Source: a virus
Lineage: Duplodnaviria > Heunggongvirae > Uroviricota > Caudoviricetes
Length of the DNA stretch: 24,594 nt
Reading direction: 5' to 3' (one strand)
Virus record (IMG/VR): IMGVR_UViG_2609459839_000005
The position numbers were made by a program, and so were the translations under genes. Shown here one piece after another: positions 17,616 to 24,594 of this stretch; the first letter of the stretch is position 1; the number at the start of each line of letters is the position of its first letter. Under the pieces are notes generated by a model. It had not been told where the DNA came from. It made no database searches and saw only the letters and a program-made list of their open reading frames with translations.

Positions 17616-18776
17616 ATGGAAAATTTTGCAAATAAGTTAAAAATACACACAGAGCATGTTGCAAAAATGGGGGTGTTTTGTACAACTGAAGAAACGACAA
17701 AACAAGCACTCATTATGCCATTACTAGATATTCTTGGTTTTACTCCGTATGATCCAAGAAAAGTCAAAGCTGAGTATAGTGCTGACTTCCCCGGGGTTAA
17801 GGCTAATGAACGGGTTGATTACGCTTTATTTTGTCATGATGTTCCTGTGATGTTCATTGAGGCGAAATCGTTTTCAGAACAAATTGATAATCACTGCCCA
17901 CAGCTATCAAGATATTTTAATTCAACACCGGAAGTTACTATATCAGCCATTACAAATGGTGTTGAATGGCGTTTTTTTACGGATTTGAAACAAAAAAACA
18001 TAATGGATTCAACGCCGTTTTTAAAATTAAGAATGGATTCTCTAACTCACTCCGATATTACACAATTATTTCGTTTTCGTTATGATAAATTCAAACCAGA
18101 GGCTTTACGGACACTGGCTGAAGAAAGTGTTTATTTGAATTCATTTACTAAAACAATCAGTTCTAGTCTTCGTGAAGTTGATCTGGAGTTTGTTCGATAT
18201 GTTGCTAGTCGTTCAAATATTGAGAGGCAACTTAATCAGAGATTTCTTGAGTTCGTGACTCCATTAGTTAAACAGGCCGTTGAGCGCGCTGTTAGCGCAA
18301 TGGTGGTTTCCGGGCTATCTACACAACCGGTAGAGCAAACTAAAGAAAATGATGCAACGGATACACAAGTTAATAACGCCATTGTTGATGAAGAAAACCC
18401 CAACATAATAACCACAGCCAAAGAATTGGAGCTATTTGAAAGGGTAAAACAAATCATACAAACAGAAGATAATATAGAATATAAAGATACTGAGTCATAT
18501 TTCGGTGTACTATTGAATGGTAAAACTAATAGATGGCTGTTAAGATTTTATGATAAAAAATCTTCATTTATAACTTTACCTATTTCGCTTAGTGAAGTTC
18601 AGTTGAATGAAATAAGACGAGCTCGACTTGATACGGATGGTAAAAGGATACATATAACTAATCCGGAAGATATACTTCGCATATCTGGTTTGATTCTGGA
18701 TTCATACGAGTATGTTAAAAATGATGATAATTTCCGCCGAGGGTCCAGAGTGAGCAGTTTAGAAGAGGTTGAATAA
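17616..18776 (+). CDS. 386-aa protein with N-terminal HsdR-N/Mrr-like PD-ExK nuclease motif and uncharacterised C-terminal domain
   Basis: N-terminus …TKQALIMPLLDILGF…KAEYSADFPGVKANERVDYALFCH-DVPVMFIEAKS… gives an E…D-x13-E-A-K arrangement. ATG at 17616 after GGAGGA. AT-rich (about 35% GC in a sampled stretch), own promoter candidate and a strong terminator. Confidence 0.68.
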   Translation: MENFANKLKIHTEHVAKMGVFCTTEETTKQALIMPLLDILGFTPYDPRKVKAEYSADFPGVKANERVDYALFCHDVPVMFIEAKSFSEQIDNHCPQLSRYFNSTPEVTISAITNGVEWRFFTDLKQKNIMDSTPFLKLRMDSLTHSDITQLFRFRYDKFKPEALRTLAEESVYLNSFTKTISSSLREVDLEFVRYVASRSNIERQLNQRFLEFVTPLVKQAVERAVSAMVVSGLSTQPVEQTKENDATDTQVNNAIVDEENPNIITTAKELELFERVKQIIQTEDNIEYKDTESYFGVLLNGKTNRWLLRFYDKKSSFITLPISLSEVQLNEIRRARLDTDGKRIHITNPEDILRISGLILDSYEYVKNDDNFRRGSRVSSLEEVE

Positions 18777-18778
18777 GT

Positions 18779-18806
18779 AAAAAACCCGCGAAAGCGGGTT
18801 TTTTAA
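18779..18806 (+). terminator. Rho-independent terminator
   Basis: AAAACCCGC-gaaa-GCGGGTTTTTT immediately after the stop of the 386-aa gene. Confidence 0.7.
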
Positions 18807-18816
18807 TGGAGTAAAT

Positions 18817-20043
18817 ATGTCAGAAATACCAATTACTATGACCAGTGCGGGTGCGCAGCCTACGCCACCCAATGATTTGCTCGCGAATCTTATCACTAGA
18901 GTTGCTGAAAAAGTACCTGGATATACAGCCAACCTTCCGGCGGGGCTTATTACAGACCTTGCCAGCACGGCTGTCGGGGCGCTGGCATTAATAGACCAGG
19001 CGCGGGTGGACCTTATTAACTCCGTAAGCCCATACGGCGCGAATATTCCGTTACTGATGCAACTCGGAAACATATATGGAGCACAGAAGGGATTAAGTAC
19101 AAATACGGCGGTATACGTGGTGTTTGAGGCGTTGCCGGGGTTTGGTATCCCTAAAGGATTTGTTGTCGGTGACGGCAACTACCAGTATGCGGTTTCCCGC
19201 GATACCGTGGTACCGGAAAACGGGCAGACTGAGCCAGTCTACTGTGTGGCCACAACGTCAGGCTCATGGGCTGTACCGGAAGGGACCGTGACGCAGGTCA
19301 TTACCTCAGTACCCAAAGACCAGCCTGTAAAATGCACCAACTTTACCGCAGGAATGCCCGGTCAGGAGGCGCAAACGTGGGCATCTTACCGCGCCGAAGT
19401 CATGGAGTCCGGCATGTTTGGTGTGCAGGGAACACCGGATTGCTTTAAAGCTATGCTCAAATCAGTAAGCGGTGTGCGAGAAAACCTGATTTCTTTCCGG
19501 CAGTCGTCGCTGGGGAAATGGGTTGCGGTTGTTGGTGGCGGTGATCCGTATGATGTGGCTTATGCGATTTACAAATCTGTACCGGATATTTCGAAACTGA
19601 CCAACGATGTAAGCAATCCATCCGGTGCGGCAGTGGAAAAACGCACGGTTTCAATAACCGTTTCGCCGGACGTTTATCAGGTGCCTTTCGTTATCCCGTC
19701 ATCACAAAACGTCATGGTGCTAATCACCTGGAACACGGTGTCTGATGATTATGTTGATCCGGCGGGTATTGCTATGGCTGTGCAGCAAAACGTTGCTGAT
19801 TACATCAATTCAATTGAAGTCGGACACCCGATAAATCTTCTGCGTATCCAGGATATTTTTACCAGTTCTGTCAGGTTGCTGGTTGATGCGACGTTGATCT
19901 CAACAATCAGTGTGAGCATTGGTATTAACGGTCATATTGTTCTTCCGGCGAAAGACACAAGCCTGGTTTATGGCGATACCTATTCCTATTTTTCAACGGT
20001 GGCATCACAGGTTCAGGTCAACAAGTATGCAATATCTGACTGA
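18817..20043 (+). CDS. Baseplate J/gp47-like protein, 408 aa
   Basis: First gene of a co-directional tail block; size and position fit a Mu/P2-type baseplate protein ahead of a DUF2313-like gene and fibre genes. Assignment from module context. Confidence 0.5.
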   Translation: MSEIPITMTSAGAQPTPPNDLLANLITRVAEKVPGYTANLPAGLITDLASTAVGALALIDQARVDLINSVSPYGANIPLLMQLGNIYGAQKGLSTNTAVYVVFEALPGFGIPKGFVVGDGNYQYAVSRDTVVPENGQTEPVYCVATTSGSWAVPEGTVTQVITSVPKDQPVKCTNFTAGMPGQEAQTWASYRAEVMESGMFGVQGTPDCFKAMLKSVSGVRENLISFRQSSLGKWVAVVGGGDPYDVAYAIYKSVPDISKLTNDVSNPSGAAVEKRTVSITVSPDVYQVPFVIPSSQNVMVLITWNTVSDDYVDPAGIAMAVQQNVADYINSIEVGHPINLLRIQDIFTSSVRLLVDATLISTISVSIGINGHIVLPAKDTSLVYGDTYSYFSTVASQVQVNKYAISD

Positions 20044-20653
20044 GAAAATTCTCCCTGCTTATCCATTTGCGCAGTACAGAGATGATCCGAATGTTGTTGC
20101 GTTCTTTGATGCATACAATGAAATTGCTCAGGAATACCTCGATTCACTCAACAATCTGGCATTGCCATGCTGGACATCGGAATCAATAACCGGGCAATTA
20201 CTGGACTGGATTGCACTCGGGATTTATGGCGTTGAAAGGCCTTTACTACAGGTTTCCGAGGAGGCTATTGCACGCGGCGCATACGATACCATTGAATACA
20301 ATACGATCCCGTATGCAGCAATGCGGAATTATGTTCCGGGGCAGGCATCGTATGTACCTGATGATTATTTCAAACGAATATTAACGTGGAATTTTTATAA
20401 GGCTGACGGTTCGCATTTCTGCATTGACTGGTTAAAGCGCCGTGTGGCGCGGTTCATTCATGGGAAAAACGGAATAGACCCGCCGTTGCAGCACACTTTT
20501 GATGTGAGCGTGACTGTATCGGACAGTGTTTTTTCTATTCAGATACCAGAATATGGTGATGGTATAGGCTATTTTCTGAAAGATGCCATTGACCAGAAAT
20601 ATGTAAAACTCCCTTTTATTTATTCCTATGCAACAACGGTGATTCAAAAATGA
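20027..20653 (+). CDS. Tail protein (Mu gp48 / P2 gpI / YmfQ-like), about 208 aa
   Basis: Internal ATG at 20027 (MQYLTEKILPAYPF…) chosen because the track start at 19919 overlaps the upstream gene by over 100 nt. Lies between baseplate and fibre genes. Confidence 0.45.
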   Translation: MQYLTEKILPAYPFAQYRDDPNVVAFFDAYNEIAQEYLDSLNNLALPCWTSESITGQLLDWIALGIYGVERPLLQVSEEAIARGAYDTIEYNTIPYAAMRNYVPGQASYVPDDYFKRILTWNFYKADGSHFCIDWLKRRVARFIHGKNGIDPPLQHTFDVSVTVSDSVFSIQIPEYGDGIGYFLKDAIDQKYVKLPFIYSYATTVIQK

Positions 20654-22200
20654 TTCTTGGATTCGGCAATAACGTTGTTTCAGCACTGGCTGGTGATATT
20701 ACGACGATTCAGACTGATATTCCGGTGATGCCGGGCACGGGAGCTAAATTTGCAAAATTGCTTTCTGCCGATTTTGAAAATAAATCGAACGGGCAACGCG
20801 TCTATGCAAAAATTACGCTTACCGATAATAAAGAGTCAGCGTTTGAGATTTGTCACCTGGTATCGGTAAGCGGTGATGTGCTGAAAGTCATTCGTGGGCA
20901 GGAAGGAACAACCGCGAAAGGTTGGTCCCTTAATGACGTTGTGGCTAACTTTGCCACACGTGGATCGGAAAACTATTTCGTACAGATAGCGCAGCTTCAG
21001 AGCGGTCATTATATTGCAGGTGTCGCTGGCGGCACTGCAAATGCACTGACGCTGGAGCTTCCCGCGACGTTTTTTGTTAATGGAGGTACAGATTGGACGC
21101 TACGAACTCCTATTATCGTTTTCCCCGTTCAGAACAATACCAACGCCGCAACGCTTCAATTGACACTGGGCGGAAAGGTTCTTGGTACGTTTCCACTTTA
21201 TAAGGGGAACAAGTCCGGGCTGGTAGCGAACGATATCATTAAAGGTATTCCCTTAATTTGCCTTCTTGATAGCGAGAAAAGCTATTTCAGCGTGATAAAC
21301 CCCGGCAATATCTATTCAGATTTTGATCTGCGATATGTAAAAAAATCTGGTGATTTGATGACCGGGGAGCTGAAAATCCGTGGTGTTAATGCACTGAGGA
21401 TTTTCAACGACGCTTTTGGTCTGATTTTTCGTCGTTCGGAAGAGTGCCTGCACCTTATTCCTACCAGTGAAGGTCAGGGCGAGAATGGCGATATTGGTCC
21501 ACTTCGACCGTTCACTATTAATCTGCGGACGGGTGAAATATCCATGTCGCATAAAGTGTCTGTTGGCGGTGGTTCTCAGGTCAATGGTGCGCTGGGTATC
21601 GGCGTTCAGAACGCGCTGGGCGGAAACTCAATTGCTTTCGGGGATAACGATACAGATATAAAACAAAACGGCGACGGCATTCTGGATGTTTATGCGAATG
21701 GACAGCATGTATTTCGTTTCCAGAATGGTGTGGCGATAGCGTTAAAAAATATTCAGGCCGGAAATGCTAAAAAATTCACGTTATCCAGCGCCAACAACTC
21801 AACGAAAAACGCAACGTTTAATTTATGGGGCAATTCGTCCCGTCCTGTAGTTGCAGAGCTTGGTGATGATTCCGGCTGGCATTTTTACAGCCAGAGAAAT
21901 ACGGATAACAGTATAACGTTCGCTGTAAACGGACAGATGGTCCCGTCAAATTATGGAAATTTCGATGCCCGTTACCAGACCAAATCAGGGGGCGTGCAGA
22001 ATTTTCAGTACACCAGTGAGGTGTTTTACAACCCTGGTGGGAATGAGCGCAGCTGGACGTTTCGGGCACCTTCTGGTTGTGTTTTGTCAGGCATTAATGT
22101 TCAGGACACTGGCAGTAACTCTGCAGATAATATCGGTGGCGTGTATTACAAACAGGCTCAGATTTATATCAATGGTGCATGGCGATCCGTATCAGGTTAA
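20650..22200 (+). CDS. Tail fibre protein, 516 aa
   Basis: Start overlaps the previous stop (ATGA). Gly/Asn/Ser-rich beta-type composition, immediately followed by a tail-fibre assembly gene. Confidence 0.55.
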   Translation: MILGFGNNVVSALAGDITTIQTDIPVMPGTGAKFAKLLSADFENKSNGQRVYAKITLTDNKESAFEICHLVSVSGDVLKVIRGQEGTTAKGWSLNDVVANFATRGSENYFVQIAQLQSGHYIAGVAGGTANALTLELPATFFVNGGTDWTLRTPIIVFPVQNNTNAATLQLTLGGKVLGTFPLYKGNKSGLVANDIIKGIPLICLLDSEKSYFSVINPGNIYSDFDLRYVKKSGDLMTGELKIRGVNALRIFNDAFGLIFRRSEECLHLIPTSEGQGENGDIGPLRPFTINLRTGEISMSHKVSVGGGSQVNGALGIGVQNALGGNSIAFGDNDTDIKQNGDGILDVYANGQHVFRFQNGVAIALKNIQAGNAKKFTLSSANNSTKNATFNLWGNSSRPVVAELGDDSGWHFYSQRNTDNSITFAVNGQMVPSNYGNFDARYQTKSGGVQNFQYTSEVFYNPGGNERSWTFRAPSGCVLSGINVQDTGSNSADNIGGVYYKQAQIYINGAWRSVSG

Positions 22201-22213
22201 TTAAGGAGAAATA

Positions 22214-22744
22214 ATGGAACTCGTAAACGTTACGCGTTACTACCCTGAAGATATGCCTTATGGTGAAGGCATTCAGTATTTCCGTAGTGAAGACGGGCAG
22301 GATTTTTATGAATCACTGGATAAGTTCACGAAGAAATACAAGCTGTGCACACATCCTGAAACCGGCGTTATTTATTCCATGGCGGAAGATGTATCCCGCC
22401 TTTATCCCGTTGGTTTTACCATTGTGGAAGTGGATGAACTACCGGAAGGATTTTGTATTGAAGCCCGCTGGTATTATAAAGACGGTGAAGTACTGCCGGT
22501 CCCTGTTGACTACCGGCAGCAGGCCGAGTCGGAGCGTGCACGTCTTACTGCGATTGCCGAACGGGAAATATCCGATAAGAAGACGGATTTACTTCTGGGA
22601 ATCATCAGTGATGAAGAAAAAGAAAAGTTGACAGCCTGGCGCATTTACGCGAAATCGCTGCAGGCGATGGATTTCAGCACCATCGCTGATAAAACCTCAT
22701 ATAACGCCATTGAATGGCCCGTCTCTCCGGAAGCCTCTTCCTGA
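22214..22744 (+). CDS. Tail fibre assembly protein (Tfa), 176 aa
   Basis: AAGGAG upstream. C-terminal …LLLGIISDEEKEKLTAWRIYAKSLQAMD… matches the conserved Tfa chaperone motif. Confidence 0.75.
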   Translation: MELVNVTRYYPEDMPYGEGIQYFRSEDGQDFYESLDKFTKKYKLCTHPETGVIYSMAEDVSRLYPVGFTIVEVDELPEGFCIEARWYYKDGEVLPVPVDYRQQAESERARLTAIAEREISDKKTDLLLGIISDEEKEKLTAWRIYAKSLQAMDFSTIADKTSYNAIEWPVSPEASS

Positions 22745-22767
22745 TTTAATTTATCGCGAGAAAAACT

Positions 22768-24594
22768 ATGTCTGTAGTGATATCAGGTGCGCTGATAGAT
22801 GGCGCAGGCATCCCCATGTCCGGATGCCACATAATTCTGAAATCCCGGGTAAACACCTCAGAGGTGGTGATGCGCACAGTTGCCGACGTGGTGACAGGAA
22901 ACTGTGGCGAGTACTGTTTTAAGGCGCAGACCGGAAAATATTGCGTATATCTGAAACAGGACTGGCGCGACGAGTACTATGTTGGCGACATTGCTGTATA
23001 CGACGACTCAAAGCCCGGCACGCTGAACGACTTTCTGACTGCCCTTGATGAAGGCGATTTAAAGCCGGATGTAGTGAAACGATTTGAGGAAATGGTGGTG
23101 CAGGCACAGCAGAGTGCTGAAATCGCAGCATCATGTGCAGAACAGGCAGGGCAAATATTAAATAACATCCAGGAGGTTGCAGGGCAGCTTTCCACAGTAC
23201 GCTTCGAAAATTTTAACGATATTAGCAGGCGGTGTACGACAGCCATGCTGAAGCTGGAACAACCCGAGGTTGTTAATACATCAATATCTTTAAAAATAAA
23301 AGAAAATATCGATTTTAATTATGTCGGTGCAGTTAACGGATATTGCGATATTCCTGAACCTGAAAAGTATAAAGTCGAAATGTATGCTTATACAACTGGA
23401 GAGTATTTTAACGGCGACGCTAATTTGAATAGTGACGGAACTTTCTATTTCAGACGTTGCTGGACGGGAGCAAAACAGTTTCGTCTTATTCGGATTGAGG
23501 ATAATGCGTGGATCACAACGCTGGAATTTCCGCTGCTCATTCGTAGTTACTGGATGCCAGAGGACGCAGATCCTGACGTGATCAGGGTGATGAAAGACCG
23601 ATGTTACACGTATGACCAGGCGCTGGCAGCACTGGCGTTGATGGTTCAGCGACATGAAGCTGTGGAAAGATACGTTTCAGGTTTGTGTGCACTTGTTGAT
23701 GAAAACGGCGGGGTGAAATTTTTTGTTAACAGGCTGTCGGCCATGTCTTCGCGCGCCTATTATCGACTGGGCAATGCGGCATGGGTTTACTATGCCCTTG
23801 CGTTCTATCTGGAGAAATACCCGGACGGAGCACAGGTAAATATTGTTCGGGCAAAGTTGTTATCTGGCATCAGCTGGCTGGATTCTTTCCTGGTAACCGC
23901 CCCTGGTGATTTACGTGAAGGCCTGTATAAAGGCGGCCTTGGTCGTTATGTAAATGGCGAATTTGACGCCAGTTTCGTTGCCGAATGGTGCGCACTGGAG
24001 CATAACGTTGATATCTGGTTTTTGTTTGAACTGATGGGGAGACTGGAATTTGACGGCTTCATTCAACGCGCCGATGCGCTGGCAAAAAGTATCATCAGGG
24101 GGTTCTGGATGGAAGAGGAAGGCCGGTTCCGGCAGGGAGTACACCCAACCAGTTATGATAACGCGGCGGCTCTCGATCAATCGTCATGGGGCGGGCTGTT
24201 TGTAGCGAATATAGACATGGCTAAAGCTGTACGTTGTCGTAAGTATATGGGGCGTTTCTTTTTTGGCACCCGCGAAGCCACGGGTTACACACCTTACCAC
24301 CCCGATTATGGATACAGTGGTCACAGTCGAGGTGTATGGGTGGAAGGGACCGCAGGAGTGGCACTTTTTGAGAGAAAGCTTGGAAACGAGGTTACAGCAG
24401 TGAATCTCATTGCAGCAATGGCACCGCTTCGTGATGAATACGGCTATCGTGATTCATGCGATGACCCGGCATATGATGTGCTCCCACCCTGGCCATCAAC
24501 AACAAACACGGCGTGGGTAATCCTGACAGTAAAACCTGATAATTTTTGGCTGGTAGATTCACCGATCATGGACGTTGGCATGATTCGATACTGA
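22768..24594 (+). CDS. Side-tail-fibre-like protein with enzyme-like C-terminal domain (putative polysaccharide depolymerase), 608 aa
   Basis: N-terminal about 120 aa resembles the conserved lambdoid Stf N-terminus (MSVVISGALIDGAGIPMSGCHIILKSR…YDDSKPGTLNDFL…). The rest is helix- and aromatic-rich (…AWVYYALAFY…LDQSSWGG…WVEGTAGVAL…), suggesting an (alpha/alpha)-toroid glycosidase-like fold. Stop is at the window end. Confidence 0.55.
   Translation: MSVVISGALIDGAGIPMSGCHIILKSRVNTSEVVMRTVADVVTGNCGEYCFKAQTGKYCVYLKQDWRDEYYVGDIAVYDDSKPGTLNDFLTALDEGDLKPDVVKRFEEMVVQAQQSAEIAASCAEQAGQILNNIQEVAGQLSTVRFENFNDISRRCTTAMLKLEQPEVVNTSISLKIKENIDFNYVGAVNGYCDIPEPEKYKVEMYAYTTGEYFNGDANLNSDGTFYFRRCWTGAKQFRLIRIEDNAWITTLEFPLLIRSYWMPEDADPDVIRVMKDRCYTYDQALAALALMVQRHEAVERYVSGLCALVDENGGVKFFVNRLSAMSSRAYYRLGNAAWVYYALAFYLEKYPDGAQVNIVRAKLLSGISWLDSFLVTAPGDLREGLYKGGLGRYVNGEFDASFVAEWCALEHNVDIWFLFELMGRLEFDGFIQRADALAKSIIRGFWMEEEGRFRQGVHPTSYDNAAALDQSSWGGLFVANIDMAKAVRCRKYMGRFFFGTREATGYTPYHPDYGYSGHSRGVWVEGTAGVALFERKLGNEVTAVNLIAAMAPLRDEYGYRDSCDDPAYDVLPPWPSTTNTAWVILTVKPDNFWLVDSPIMDVGMIRY

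Noticed and set aside
21316-22204. Short ORFs on both strands inside the 516-aa tail fibre gene
   Set aside because: They are nested within a long, syntenically supported fibre ORF.
22919-23655. Minus-strand ORFs (71-121 aa) inside the final tail-fibre gene
   Set aside because: They are antisense to a long ORF whose N-terminus is recognisably Stf-like.

Overview
This window reads as a decayed, mosaic lambdoid prophage of an Escherichia-like enterobacterium, Rac-type at its left end. All calls are from reading the sequence and ORF track by eye; no database search or computation was run, so family names are recollection-based hypotheses. Left to right: integrase and excisionase (minus strand), Lar/RalR, a translationally coupled RecT/RecE-like recombination pair, racC-ydaE-kilR, then an immunity switch with a RacR-like repressor divergent from a Cro/YdaS-like gene. 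No replication genes follow; instead an AT-rich insertion (about 10.0-12.7 kb) carries a convergent, 3'-overlapping two-gene cassette (190-aa PD-(D/E)xK-motif protein plus 365-aa partner) and a hok/gef-type toxin locus. Downstream are nin-region genes, a Q-like antiterminator candidate, two tRNAs (Thr-UGU, Gly-UCC), a frameshifted TerB-like gene, holin-like genes and a truncated T5-type endolysin. A second AT-rich insertion encodes a 386-aa protein with an HsdR-N/Mrr-like PD-ExK motif, followed by a Mu/P2-type baseplate and tail-fibre module ending in a fibre with an enzyme-like C-terminal domain. No head, tail tube/sheath or replication genes are present, so the element looks defective. The two nuclease-bearing AT-rich insertions are the best candidates for undescribed phage-defence cargo.
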